Below, piece after piece: positions 26,064 through 36,538 of a stretch of DNA of 60,890 nucleotides. The position numbers were made by a program, and so were the translations under genes. The notes beneath the pieces were generated by a model. It was given only the letters and a program-made list of their open reading frames with translations, made no database searches and had not been told where the DNA came from. The DNA comes from an uncultured Planctomycetota bacterium (GTDB lineage: Bacteria > Planctomycetota > CAZGEP01), in NCBI GenBank assembly GCA_964524955.1, contig CAZGEP010000006.1, positions 1-60,890 of the forward strand, in the 5' to 3' direction. Each line of letters opens with the position of its first letter. Position 1 is the first letter of the stretch.

Positions 26064-27769
26064 TTGTTAATATCCTCTACTTTATGTTTCATGTCCATGT
26101 ACTGCATTACCTTGACATTCTGCAGTTTGTTTTCAAAATGTTTCTTCCATCCTCCCGGTGCATTGGCAATGATTTTCTTGTACAGGTTTTCGGCCTCGTC
26201 CAGAAACCTCTTTCCTTCACCAAATTTCCGGTCTTTGCATTTTTCTTTTCCTTTTTTTTCCAGTTCCTCGGCCTTGGACACCAGCTTAAGGTTCGCGACC
26301 TGGTCGTCCCACCACTTCTGCCATTTGTCCTGCTGCCACTGCGATAATTGATACTGGCCTGTCATCTTACGTAACGTCTCAACCGCTTCCTTCTGAATGG
26401 AGAGTTCCGGGTCCTTGAGCATTTCAATCAGGCGGCCGTGCGGATATTGATCCATCTCATCAATGTAGGAATAGATATCAATGCGGATATCCCGCAACTG
26501 GACGACTGCGGCTTTACGTACGTCTTTATTCGGATGGGTAAGGAGTTTGGAGAAATAGCGCCAGGTCCGCTGTTCGTTCATTTTTCCCAGCGTTTCGATG
26601 GCCTTGAGTTTTATGGGGATGTCTTTTACATTAACCACGAATTCACCCGCTTGTTTCCAGGCTTTCTTACAGGATTCATCGGCGATCATTTCCAGCGCTT
26701 TGAGGCGAATTTTCGATATCTTGGAAAAAACCGCCACCTTGATGATGTAGGGGGCGCAGACCGAGGATCCGATATGTTCAAAGACCGTGAGCGCTCTGGT
26801 AGCACGGGTTTCATCGTCGCTGCAGGCAATGTTCTTGATTTTCTCCATGCTCACGGGCTTGGTCGCCAGCTTGGCAATGACCCTGGCCGCCTGGTCGGGA
26901 ATGTCGCCTTCGCCGGTTTCCATCAGGTCAATTACATTGGACATGGAGTCCGTAATCCGCCGGTCCCGGACCGCGTTCAGCACTTCCTTGAGAACACGCG
27001 GATCGCTGGAGTTTTCCAGTGCTTCGCTGAAGACATAGTAAAAGTCGCTGATGTCACCGTCAATGGAATTAAAGGTCTTGATAATGCAGGCCTTGACTTC
27101 AGGATCCTCTGCTTTTTTGATTAGATTGCTGAGCTGCATCAGCATGTCGGTTCCGTATCTGCCCAATGCCTGTATGGCAAAGAGCCGGGGCAGCCCCTCT
27201 CCGTTTCGTGCAACTTCCTTGAGCGGTTCAATGGCCTTGGGATCCTTGAGATACCCAAGCACAATCGCTGCCTGAGCGCTGCCGGGTCTGTTTTCAAGAA
27301 TGATATGGGTCAGGCTCTTTCTGGCGTCAAATCCAAAGGATTTGATTTCTGCGTAGGCTTCCTGGTTTACATTTTCCATCAGGGAAAGTTCGGGGTTTAC
27401 CGGAATATCAGGCAGACGGCTCAGGGCTGAAGAAAGCTGTACCGCCGGGACAATGATCAACGCGGCGATCGTCAAAACCACAACTGTTCCGCCGATGATC
27501 AGTCCCATGTTTTCCTTGAAAACGCTTTTCTTTTCCGGCGCTGTCTGCTCGCCTTGTGTTTCTCGGCCCGAACGTCTGGAAACGCCGCCTCTGGTGGATC
27601 GCCGCCCGGTCTTCTGTTGCCTGCCGCTTCCTTTGAGTCTCCGGGTCGAGCGTCTCACGAATTTATTATTCTTCTCCGAACTTTCGGATTCGGAGGTTTT
27701 TTTTCTGCGGGATATTCGTCCAGATTTTTTCGGGCGCCGTTTCTCAGGTTTCTTGGAATTATCGGCCAT
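26060..27769 (-). CDS. membrane-anchored HEAT-repeat protein
   Basis: Basic low-complexity N-terminus, one TM helix, repeated A...LG...D..AI..L helices, LRKMTGQ...WQKWW. Confidence 0.8.
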   Translation of the reverse strand: MADNSKKPEKRRPKKSGRISRRKKTSESESSEKNNKFVRRSTRRLKGSGRQQKTGRRSTRGGVSRRSGRETQGEQTAPEKKSVFKENMGLIIGGTVVVLTIAALIIVPAVQLSSALSRLPDIPVNPELSLMENVNQEAYAEIKSFGFDARKSLTHIILENRPGSAQAAIVLGYLKDPKAIEPLKEVARNGEGLPRLFAIQALGRYGTDMLMQLSNLIKKAEDPEVKACIIKTFNSIDGDISDFYYVFSEALENSSDPRVLKEVLNAVRDRRITDSMSNVIDLMETGEGDIPDQAARVIAKLATKPVSMEKIKNIACSDDETRATRALTVFEHIGSSVCAPYIIKVAVFSKISKIRLKALEMIADESCKKAWKQAGEFVVNVKDIPIKLKAIETLGKMNEQRTWRYFSKLLTHPNKDVRKAAVVQLRDIRIDIYSYIDEMDQYPHGRLIEMLKDPELSIQKEAVETLRKMTGQYQLSQWQQDKWQKWWDDQVANLKLVSKAEELEKKGKEKCKDRKFGEGKRFLDEAENLYKKIIANAPGGWKKHFENKLQNVKVMQYMDMKHKVEDINK

Positions 27770-27770
27770 A

Positions 27771-28889
27771 TCAGTTTTTCCTCAATTGAAAGTTTACATT
27801 CGGATGATAGATGTCGTACCAGGCAAGCTGCTCAACCAGATTGCGTTCTTCTTCCAGCGCACTGATTTTCTTCAGCATGGACCGTTTCAGGCTTTCGGTC
27901 TTTTCCTTCCAGCCATTTTCATCCGCAGGTTTCAGGTCCCAGGGCAGGTTAATCCTGGCGTGAACCGAAATGACCTGGGGCACAGCACGGGAGTCGTTAT
28001 CCAGTTGAAACCCGTCAATAAATCCCAGCGGAAAGAGAAAGATGTCCGGACAGATATCGCGTACGATCCGGACCTGTTCATTATCTTCTGATCCGAATTT
28101 GAAATTATCCAGCAGCAGCAGAGTAAACTCATTTCTGTCGATTGTATCGATGGTTTTCTCCTCAATGTCCAGGCTTTCGGCAATCACTCCGGCGACTGGA
28201 TCCATGCACTTTTTCAGGCTGCATACCGAGGTGAACGACCATCCGAAATGCCGCGCGCAGCTCAGAAAGCGTTTGAGTACGAAGGCTACGGAATGTACAT
28301 CAAAGAAATCAAAGTGGTTGTAATAGTAGAGTTCAATGCCGTTGTCTTCTTCCGTTCCCAGGACCATGGTACCGTTGTTGATGTACAGATCCTCCTTTAC
28401 ACCGGAAAAGACCGGTCGTTCGAATTCTTCATACCGCGGAAGACATTCCAGCATTTTTTGTGCGTAGGCATCTTCCGGGTAATACTCAATAACCAGATTG
28501 AAGAAGTGTCGGGCAAATTTATAATTGCCCTTTTCCATGAAAATGGCACCCATTCGGTTGTAGGCTTCGAAACAGCTTGGTTCTTCGGTTACGGCTTTCC
28601 TGTAGTAGTCAAGGGCCCTGTCGAGTTTGCCCGTATCTTCATAGACCAGACCAATGGCACAGCGTGTTTCCGTGCAGGGTTTGAGTCTGAGCGATCGCTT
28701 CAGGCAGGACAGGGCTTCCCGGACATTGCCCAGCATGTGCTGGAGGTTGCCCAGTGCGAAAAAGGCTTCCGCAAACGACGGCAATGTTTTCACTGCTTTT
28801 TCATAGGCTTCGAGTGCGGCTTCGGTCTCTCCGTTCTGTTCCAGTTCAACACCCGCATCATAGTATTCGTACGCTCTTGATATATCCAT
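27771..28889 (-). CDS. tetratricopeptide repeat protein with C-terminal alpha/beta domain
   Basis: About four TPR motifs (AEAFFALG, EAYNRMG) in the first ~150 aa. Confidence 0.85.
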   Translation of the reverse strand: MDISRAYEYYDAGVELEQNGETEAALEAYEKAVKTLPSFAEAFFALGNLQHMLGNVREALSCLKRSLRLKPCTETRCAIGLVYEDTGKLDRALDYYRKAVTEEPSCFEAYNRMGAIFMEKGNYKFARHFFNLVIEYYPEDAYAQKMLECLPRYEEFERPVFSGVKEDLYINNGTMVLGTEEDNGIELYYYNHFDFFDVHSVAFVLKRFLSCARHFGWSFTSVCSLKKCMDPVAGVIAESLDIEEKTIDTIDRNEFTLLLLDNFKFGSEDNEQVRIVRDICPDIFLFPLGFIDGFQLDNDSRAVPQVISVHARINLPWDLKPADENGWKEKTESLKRSMLKKISALEEERNLVEQLAWYDIYHPNVNFQLRKN

Positions 28890-28992
28890 TATCGGTTCCT
28901 GATATCACTTCCGACGTTTTGAGTCGGCGGCATTTTTATCATCGATGTCTTTTAAACAAAATATCCATGAATCCGGGCAGACATTTATCTTC

Positions 28993-30387
28993 TCAGGCCC
29001 GAACCCACTTCACGCCTTGCGGAGAATCCTGCAGCAGGATCCCCCTGGATTTGAGATTATCTCTGATCCGGTCCGCGGTTTCGAAGTCTTTGTTTTTCCG
29101 GGCTTCTTCCCGCTGCTGAATCTGTTTTTCGATCTCTTCCTCAAGATCAACGGTCTCTTCATGCAAGGCGTCGATGCCGAACCCCAGCACCCGGTCCATC
29201 TCGCGAAGGACAGCCAGGCGGGTCTTGGGCGGATACGCATCGGTCTTGAGTATGGCCCAGGCAAACGAAAGGGCCTCCGGCATGTTCATGTCATTGCCTG
29301 CGGCCTGCATAAAGGCGTCCAGTTCTTCGTGGGGCAGGGAATCCTCCATCGACGCGTCTCCAGCGTCCTTTTTCAGTTCAATCACCCTGCGTTTAAAGTT
29401 CTCAAATCCCCGAGCCGCACTTTCCATGGCGTCCCAGGTAAACTTGAGCTGTGCGCGGTAATGTGCGTTCAGACAGAAATAGCGATAGGCCAGGGGATCA
29501 AAGTTCTTTTTTCTGAGCACATTCAGGGTAATGAAGTTGTCCCCGGACTTGGCCATTTTTTCCGATTCCAGAACCAGGAATTCACCATGCACCCAGTACC
29601 GGACCCATTTCTTTCCGGTTGCGGCTTCGGACTGCGCAATTTCATTGGTATGGTGTACCTGGATGTGGTCCACGCCCCCGCAGTGAATGTCAAAACTCTC
29701 ACCGAGGTAGGCCATGGACATGGCCGAGCACTCAATGTGCCATCCGGGGAATCCCTTGCCCCACGGGCTCTCCCACTCCATCAACCGCTTCTGGTCCGGT
29801 GGAGAGAATTTCCATAACGCAAAGTCTGTCGGATTTTTTTTGCCGGCCACAAGTTCCACCCGTTTGCCTGCCTGCAGTCCGTCTTTATCCAGCCGGGCCA
29901 TGGCCCCGTATTTCGAAAAGCGGGACGTGTCAAAGTAGATGCCGTCGTCAATCCGGTAGGTAAATCCCTTTTTCTCCAGGGTCCGGACGAGTTCAATCTG
30001 CTCTCCGATATGTTCTGTAGCTTTGGGCCAGACATCCGGATCAAGAATGTTCAGGTCTCGAATGTCTTTGCGGAAGGATTCGGTATAATACTCGGCGATC
30101 TCATAGACGCTCCGATTTTCCCGTTCCGCACCCTTTTCCATCTTGTCTTCGCCCGTGTCATCGTCTGAAGTAAGGTGGCCGACATCTGTAATGTTCATCA
30201 CGTGTTTGACAGCGTATCCTTCGGCAAGCAGTACCCGCTTGAGAATGTCTTCAAAGATAAAGGTGCGAAGATTTCCGATGTGCGCGTAGTTGTACACGGT
30301 GGGTCCGCAGGTATACAGTCCAATCTCTTTGGGGTTTACGGGGTTGATTTCTTCGATCGAACGGCTCAGGGTGTTGTATATTTTCAT
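28993..30387 (-). CDS. cysS: cysteine--tRNA ligase
   Basis: YTCGPTVY..AHIGN, DFALWK, PGWHIECSAMS, DIHCGGVDH..HH.NE, KMAKS. Confidence 0.98.
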   Translation of the reverse strand: MKIYNTLSRSIEEINPVNPKEIGLYTCGPTVYNYAHIGNLRTFIFEDILKRVLLAEGYAVKHVMNITDVGHLTSDDDTGEDKMEKGAERENRSVYEIAEYYTESFRKDIRDLNILDPDVWPKATEHIGEQIELVRTLEKKGFTYRIDDGIYFDTSRFSKYGAMARLDKDGLQAGKRVELVAGKKNPTDFALWKFSPPDQKRLMEWESPWGKGFPGWHIECSAMSMAYLGESFDIHCGGVDHIQVHHTNEIAQSEAATGKKWVRYWVHGEFLVLESEKMAKSGDNFITLNVLRKKNFDPLAYRYFCLNAHYRAQLKFTWDAMESAARGFENFKRRVIELKKDAGDASMEDSLPHEELDAFMQAAGNDMNMPEALSFAWAILKTDAYPPKTRLAVLREMDRVLGFGIDALHEETVDLEEEIEKQIQQREEARKNKDFETADRIRDNLKSRGILLQDSPQGVKWVRA

Positions 30388-30396
30388 AATATTCAG

Positions 30397-31665
30397 TTAC
30401 GCGAATTTGATTCCGGGTTTTTTTCCATATGTTATTTTTACCAGCCGCCCGTTGTTTTGAATGGAACGTCGGCTGGCCTCCATAACCAGTTCGTTGATAA
30501 AGCTGTTGGCCGGTGTGGCAATGATACCCCGGTCATCGGTTTCTTTAATCATTTTGCGTCGAGTGGTCAGGGCTTTGGACGGATCCAGGTCCATGACCCG
30601 GTTTTCAATCTCCACCATCGTGTTCATGTTTGCAGCAATGGAATCGTATCCGTATCCCACGGGTTTGAATCCTTTGCCTTCCCACGGAACCAGCTTATAG
30701 AAGTCCGGATTCACGTAGTTGAATTTGGTGCCGCCGGGCCCCAGGGGTTTGGTGTAGCAGTGTCGCACTCCACGGAACTGATCGTTATGCTTGATCAGGG
30801 TGGACTGTCCCTTGGCTTCGCAGAACAGGGTCAGGCACTGTTCGTTGCTGCCCGCTCCGTCGTCCGGATACCCCAGACCGTCGGTCACGCTGAGCAAGGC
30901 ATTGTTTTCAAAACGGAGCCGGCCATTGGCCCACATGTACGCCTTTTTCCCGTTGGGAAATTTATCCACCACACCCTGAACCGAGACTTCCACGGGACGC
31001 AGACCGGTGATAAAGTAGACCAGATCCACGTAATGGCAGCCGACATAGGTGAAGGGGTCGGTGTTTTCGCAGGTAAACCAGTTTTGAAAGTTTGACAGCC
31101 GGTAGAACCAGGGCTCAATCATTTTGGCTTCGCCCATTTTGAATTCACCGAAATTGCCCAGGGAATAATCCTTCCGTGCGATCAGGGAACGTCGATCAAA
31201 GCGTTTGTGGTATTCCACGCCTACAAAAAGGCCCTTTTTGTAGGCAAGCTTTTCAATCTTTACGGCCTGTTTGTATTCGAGCACCAGGGGTTTGACGGTC
31301 AGCACGTGCTGGTTGTTTTTGAGTGCCTCCATGATGACCGGATAGTGAAGCTGGTCGGGCATGGCCACGACCACGGCGTTAAAGGGCTCGAGCGACGCAA
31401 TAACCTTCTTGTACAAGGTTGGAAAATTCTTTTTTGAACTCTCTTTGAGCGACGGAAAGGCATTGAATTTCTGACCCGGAAAGGCCTGCTTGATTTCCCG
31501 GTTTTTTTGAAGCATTTTAAGCGGTGGGTTGTTCAGCGCGCAGATGTTAATGTCTCCGAGTGCTCCCAGACGCTGCAGATGATACAGAGACGGAAGGATC
31601 AGATCGTTGGTAATCATTCCGCCGCCGATCAGGGCAACGTCCAGTTTCTTTCCATTGACTGCCAT
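30397..31665 (-). CDS. Gfo/Idh/MocA family oxidoreductase
   Basis: IGGGMI, MPDQLH, HVLTVKP, EYHKRFD, YVGCHYVD. Confidence 0.88.
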   Translation of the reverse strand: MAVNGKKLDVALIGGGMITNDLILPSLYHLQRLGALGDINICALNNPPLKMLQKNREIKQAFPGQKFNAFPSLKESSKKNFPTLYKKVIASLEPFNAVVVAMPDQLHYPVIMEALKNNQHVLTVKPLVLEYKQAVKIEKLAYKKGLFVGVEYHKRFDRRSLIARKDYSLGNFGEFKMGEAKMIEPWFYRLSNFQNWFTCENTDPFTYVGCHYVDLVYFITGLRPVEVSVQGVVDKFPNGKKAYMWANGRLRFENNALLSVTDGLGYPDDGAGSNEQCLTLFCEAKGQSTLIKHNDQFRGVRHCYTKPLGPGGTKFNYVNPDFYKLVPWEGKGFKPVGYGYDSIAANMNTMVEIENRVMDLDPSKALTTRRKMIKETDDRGIIATPANSFINELVMEASRRSIQNNGRLVKITYGKKPGIKFA

Positions 31666-31705
31666 TGAAGGATTCTCCTTACGGTGTTGAAATGCGTTGA
31701 ATCAT

Positions 31706-32110
31706 TTACTTGAAATGCGTGAGTATATACGTTATCGCTGAATCCAGGTCCGGCAGAATCTTTGTGCAGAACCGGACCATCCAGGGAGAACAGTCCTTGT
31801 AGGAAAAGGGACTGAACGCAATCACAAACTTCTTCTGAATAAACGCGGAATAAAAGACTTCCATGGACGTGCCGATGGACGGTTTGGAGTAATTGACCAG
31901 AATGATGTCCGCGTCCCGGATATCCTGAAGATCAAACTCCACGATTTCATTGGCACTGTCCACTTCATTGTCCTTGAAATTTCTTCGCATCGGATCCAGC
32001 AGTACAAAGCTGTCGCCCAGCCCTTCTTTGACCTGTTTTCGCCAATCCGCAGACTCCGACACTTCACAGCTCATAATCGGTCCGCACAGATATATTTTCG
32101 TACTGCTCAC
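31706..32110 (-). CDS. nucleoside 2-deoxyribosyltransferase-like protein
   Basis: IYLCGPI, D...I..ADIILV, SIGTSMEV. Confidence 0.8.
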   Translation of the reverse strand: MSSTKIYLCGPIMSCEVSESADWRKQVKEGLGDSFVLLDPMRRNFKDNEVDSANEIVEFDLQDIRDADIILVNYSKPSIGTSMEVFYSAFIQKKFVIAFSPFSYKDCSPWMVRFCTKILPDLDSAITYILTHFK

Positions 32111-32113
32111 TGC

Positions 32114-32530
32114 TTATTCTCCAATCATTTTGACAAGAACCCGTTTTTTTCTTCTGCCGTCGAACTCGCCGTAGAAAATCTGTTCCCACGGACCCAGGTC
32201 CAGTTTGTTTTCCGTTATAGCGACCACAACTTCCCGGCCCATGATCTGCCGCTTGAGGTGCGCATCTCCGTTGTCTTCGGCCCCGTTGTGCCGGTAGCGG
32301 GAAATGGGCTCATGCGGGGCCAGCTTTTCCAGCCAGTCGTCGTAATCCTTGAGCAGGCCGGGCTCATCATCATTGATATAAACCGATGCCGTAATGTGCA
32401 TCGCATTTACCAGGCAGAGTCCCTCCCGGATTCCGCTCTTTTTGACCAGGGTCTCCACCTCCGAGGTGATATTCAGATAATCTCTGCGCTCCTTGATATT
32501 AAACCACAAATACTCGGTCAGGGATTTCAT
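32114..32530 (-). CDS. yjbQ: YjbQ/UPF0047 family protein
   Basis: [34 protein letters not shown]. Confidence 0.93.
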   Translation of the reverse strand: MKSLTEYLWFNIKERRDYLNITSEVETLVKKSGIREGLCLVNAMHITASVYINDDEPGLLKDYDDWLEKLAPHEPISRYRHNGAEDNGDAHLKRQIMGREVVVAITENKLDLGPWEQIFYGEFDGRRKKRVLVKMIGE

Positions 32531-32541
32531 ACGTGCTGTCC

Positions 32542-32901
32542 TTATGTAATCAGTTCCTGGATTCGGTCTCTAAGCTGTGCCGGGGACAGGGGTTTCTGAA
32601 AAACGTCCACTACATTCAACGCCTTGAGTTCCTCTTTCTTTGCCTGGTCTGTAGTAAAGGCGCTGAAAATAACAATCCTCTGATTGGGATTGGAATAATT
32701 AATGGTGCGCACCGCTTCCAGACCGCTGATGCCCGGCATGCTGATGTCCATGATAACCAGGTCAAACATGCGTGAGCTGGCCAGGGTCATGGCATCATCA
32801 CCATTATCGCATGTATCCACATGAAAGCCGGATTTTTCCAGTACACGGGAAACGATCCGCAGCAGATTCACATCATCGTCCACAATCAAAATATCGGCCA
32901 T
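32542..32901 (-). CDS. single-domain response regulator (CheY-like)
   Basis: [20 protein letters not shown]. Confidence 0.92.
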   Translation of the reverse strand: MADILIVDDDVNLLRIVSRVLEKSGFHVDTCDNGDDAMTLASSRMFDLVIMDISMPGISGLEAVRTINYSNPNQRIVIFSAFTTDQAKKEELKALNVVDVFQKPLSPAQLRDRIQELIT

Positions 32902-33088
32902 GATTCACACGCCTTTTCATAGGGATTACAAACAAACAGGTCCCTTCTATCAAATTAAATATTGTAATCAAACGCATGGAAAATTCAAGTTCTCTCAATT
33001 ATTTTTTACATTGTCCCGCCAAACGATTTTCTCGCAATTCAGATGAATTGTGGTATAGTTACCTCTGTCACCTGTAAGGAAAACAACC

Positions 33089-35254
33089 ATGAGCTCGTTC
33101 ATTCGTCATAAACGACTGACAGTTGCGGTCTTTTTCTCTGTGGTTACGCTGGGCATTTCATCCATAATCGCACAGATTACGCTGACGCGCGAATTGCTTA
33201 CGGTCTGCGGGGGCAGCGAACTTGTAATCGGGTATGCGCTTTCAGTATGGATGCTCCTGACCGGACTGGGCGCGCTGCTGGCCAGAGCACGCTTGCTGCT
33301 CAATCGCGCCGGCAGCGCAGCCGTGCTTTCGCTGTCGGCGATTGTGCTGCTTCCCTTTGCGCACATCATCCTGCTTCGGATGCTGCCGCATCTCTTTACC
33401 GAACCTGGAGCCGTATCGGATCCGGGCATGGTCTTTGCGCTGATTCCGCTGCTTGTGTTTCCCTACTGCCTGGCGGCGGGCGGTTTCTTTGTCTTTGGCT
33501 GTGCCCTGATTTCCAACGCACACCCCCAGCAAAGCCCGGGAAGGATTTACCTGGCCGATACCATCGGCGATGTCGCGGGTGGTGTATTGTACAGCTTTGT
33601 GCTGGTTTTTGTTCTGAGTACACTTGACTCGCTCTACATTCCTGCGGTTCTGAACCTCTTTTCCGCTTTTTTTCTCTGCGCTGTCCTGGGATTTCGCAAA
33701 ACATCCGCATCCATCGTCTTGATTGGTGCTGCCGTATGCCTGGTTCTGTTCTGTGCGGACACGGACAGGCGAACGATAGCAGCACAGGTTCCGGGACAGA
33801 GCGTTGAACGTGTGAAAGAAACCCGCTACGGCAGAATCGCGGTAACCCGGTACCGGGAGCAGGTTACGATCTTTGAGAACAGGATTCCAATCTGCTCTTC
33901 GGAAAATACCAGACAGGCTGAACAGGACGCGCACCTGCCCCTGTCCCTGATCTCCGCACAAAGGCCGTGCGTTCTGCTGATCTCCGGCGGACTGGGCGGA
34001 AGCATACAGGAAATACTCAAATACAATCCCGAACGCATTGATTACGTGGAGCTGGACCCGTATATCATTGAACTCGGCAGTCAACTCTCTCTGCTGCCCG
34101 CCTCCCCCTGTCTGCACGTATACAAGACCGACGGCAGACGTTTTCTGCAGAACCGCAAACGGGAATACGATGCCATCATCCTCAACCTGCCCCCGCCGGA
34201 AACCATCCAGCTCAACCGGTTTTATACCCGGGAATTCTTTGCGCAGGCACACGCTGCGCTGAAAAAAGACGGCATTCTCTCGTTTTCCCTGCCCGGCTAT
34301 TCAAATTACCTGCTTGCGGAACTCCGCACGCTGTACGCAGCTGTTCACAGCGCAGCCCGTGAATCCTTTTGTCACAGCATTGCGCTGCCGCTGGATGAAA
34401 CCGTTTTCCTGGCTTCAGACACCGATTATTTTTCTCTGGAGTCCGGACTGATTCCTGCAATCACTCGTGGACTGTCGCAGCGTAACATCCATCCGCTCTA
34501 TGTGAATCCGTATTATCTCCGCGGCATACTCACACCGGATCGTATGGCCGAGGTCCGGGACCTGCCGGAGCATCCGGCCAATCAGGATTTGATGCCGTAC
34601 GCCTGCTGGCTCCAGCTTCAATACTGGCTGGATCTATTTCATGCGGATGTGTCCTTGCTTTTTATTCTCTTTGCCGGTGCCGCGGTTCTTTTTCTGGTTC
34701 TGCTCAAGCCGGTGGCGACGGTCATGTGGAGCACGGGATTTGCGGCCGCCAGTGCTGAAATTGTACTGCTCATGCTTTTTCAGATCGCATCCGGATACGT
34801 ATACTTTACGTTCGGCATTACCGTAACCCTGTTTATGGTCGGTCTTGCCTGCGGCAGTTACACAGCCAACCGCCGGGTATCCGAACCCGAAGACAAATCC
34901 CGGATAATCTCAAAGCTGAAAATACTGGAATTCGCGCTGCTCGCCTGCCTGCTTTGTCTGCTTGTTCTGGTTACGGCCACCGGATTCTGGAAACACGATG
35001 CTGTGCTGTACGGGTTCATCTTTACAGCCTCGTTTATTTCCGGTGCTCAGTTTCCCTTTGCTGCACGACTCAGCTCCACCGACTCTGCCGGCACAACGTC
35101 CGGTCTTTACTTCGCGGATCTCTGCGGTTCCGGAATCGGTGCCTTTGTCACCGGCCTGCTTCTGCTGCCGACTCTGGGAGTGCCGGCAACACTGCTTCTT
35201 TTGTGCTTGATTAAGATCCCGGGATTTCTAAAATTAGGCTTCAATTCTGAATGA
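33089..35254 (+). CDS. membrane-embedded spermidine synthase-like SAM-binding protein
   Basis: Multi-TM N- and C-terminal regions flank LLISGGLGG, YVELDP, DGRRF, FYTREFF. Confidence 0.85.
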   Translation: MSSFIRHKRLTVAVFFSVVTLGISSIIAQITLTRELLTVCGGSELVIGYALSVWMLLTGLGALLARARLLLNRAGSAAVLSLSAIVLLPFAHIILLRMLPHLFTEPGAVSDPGMVFALIPLLVFPYCLAAGGFFVFGCALISNAHPQQSPGRIYLADTIGDVAGGVLYSFVLVFVLSTLDSLYIPAVLNLFSAFFLCAVLGFRKTSASIVLIGAAVCLVLFCADTDRRTIAAQVPGQSVERVKETRYGRIAVTRYREQVTIFENRIPICSSENTRQAEQDAHLPLSLISAQRPCVLLISGGLGGSIQEILKYNPERIDYVELDPYIIELGSQLSLLPASPCLHVYKTDGRRFLQNRKREYDAIILNLPPPETIQLNRFYTREFFAQAHAALKKDGILSFSLPGYSNYLLAELRTLYAAVHSAARESFCHSIALPLDETVFLASDTDYFSLESGLIPAITRGLSQRNIHPLYVNPYYLRGILTPDRMAEVRDLPEHPANQDLMPYACWLQLQYWLDLFHADVSLLFILFAGAAVLFLVLLKPVATVMWSTGFAAASAEIVLLMLFQIASGYVYFTFGITVTLFMVGLACGSYTANRRVSEPEDKSRIISKLKILEFALLACLLCLLVLVTATGFWKHDAVLYGFIFTASFISGAQFPFAARLSSTDSAGTTSGLYFADLCGSGIGAFVTGLLLLPTLGVPATLLLLCLIKIPGFLKLGFNSE

Positions 35255-35322
35255 CTTTCGAGCCGCAGTGCTACAATACGGATGCAGGAGACAAACGTAA
35301 CGTACTTCAATTGGAGAAATTG

Positions 35323-36519
35323 ATGGACCGAAGGGAATTTATCCGAACCGCATTCCAGGCTGGAACACTGGCCTCAGCCGGCATGGCCTGTCCGGGTCTG
35401 TTCAGCGCGCGCGACTCCAACTCCCCGGTATCCCTGGAGTCCGCACCCGGGGAACTCTGGAAATGGTCCAAAGAAGCCTATGATTACTCGGTGGTGGGCA
35501 AGGACATGGTTATCTGCCGGCTCTGTCCCAACCGCTGCCGGATTCCGGCTGAAAAACGGAGCCTCTGCGGCGTACGGGTCAACAAAGGCGGCAAGCTCTA
35601 CTCCCTGGTTTATGGAAATCCCGCGTCCGTTCACGTGGACCCGGTTGAGAAAAAACCCCTGTATCACTTTTATCCATCCTCCATGGTCTACTCCATGGGC
35701 ACAGCCGGATGCAACTTCGACTGTCTCAACTGTCAGAACTGGGAACTTTCCCAGAAAAAACCCGAAGAGCTGCGCAACCAGTCCGTCTCTCCCGAGCAGG
35801 CGGTTCTCTACGCAAAAAAGCGGAAATGCCGCTCCATTGCCTACACCTACAACGAACCCACTGTGGCCTATGAATTCATGTTCGACACCGCTGCAGCGGC
35901 GCAAAAAAACGATGTAAAAAACATATACGTCTCCAACGGCTACATCAATCCCAAACCCCTGGAGCGGCTTGCCAGATTCATTGACGGTGCCAACATTGAT
36001 CTCAAATCATTCAACAGGCAGACCTACCGCAAGCTCAATCGGGGACGGCTCAAACCCGTGCTTGAGACCCTGCAGATGCTCAACGAAAAAAACGTGTGGC
36101 TGGAAATCGTGTACCTGATCGTACCGCAGTATACAGACCGGCTCAATGAAATCAAAGAAATGTGCAAATGGATCAAAAAAGAACTCGGACCGGATGTGCC
36201 GCTTCACTTTTCCCGTTTCTTTCCCCAGTACAAACTCAGGAAACTCTCGCCCACACCGCCGTCCCTGCTCTTTGACGCGCGCAAGATCGCCCGCAAACAA
36301 GGCCTTCATTACGTGTACATCGGAAATCTGCGCACCAGAGACGGTTCCGACACCTTGTGTCCGGGCTGCGGCAAAGCCGTAATCAAACGGACCGGGTACT
36401 TTATCACCCAGTACCATATCAAAGAAAACGCCTGCGCATTCTGCAAAACCCCCATTGCAGGCCGGTGGAGCGCGGAAAAAAAGAAACAGAACCCGGGCAC
36501 TGCTGAGAAAAAAAAATAA
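35323..36519 (+). CDS. amrS: AmmeMemoRadiSam system radical SAM enzyme with Tat-like signal
   Basis: CRLCPNRC, DPVEKKPLYHF, GCNFDCLNCQNW, YTYNEP, NIDLK, HFSRFFP, YVYIGN; GGAG RBS before MDRREFI. Confidence 0.92.
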   Translation: MDRREFIRTAFQAGTLASAGMACPGLFSARDSNSPVSLESAPGELWKWSKEAYDYSVVGKDMVICRLCPNRCRIPAEKRSLCGVRVNKGGKLYSLVYGNPASVHVDPVEKKPLYHFYPSSMVYSMGTAGCNFDCLNCQNWELSQKKPEELRNQSVSPEQAVLYAKKRKCRSIAYTYNEPTVAYEFMFDTAAAAQKNDVKNIYVSNGYINPKPLERLARFIDGANIDLKSFNRQTYRKLNRGRLKPVLETLQMLNEKNVWLEIVYLIVPQYTDRLNEIKEMCKWIKKELGPDVPLHFSRFFPQYKLRKLSPTPPSLLFDARKIARKQGLHYVYIGNLRTRDGSDTLCPGCGKAVIKRTGYFITQYHIKENACAFCKTPIAGRWSAEKKKQNPGTAEKKK

Positions 36520-36538
36520 CCGCTGCCGATCCACACCC

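Noticed and set aside
33242-34252. 336-aa minus-strand ORF
   Set aside because: Shadow of the membrane spermidine-synthase-like gene.
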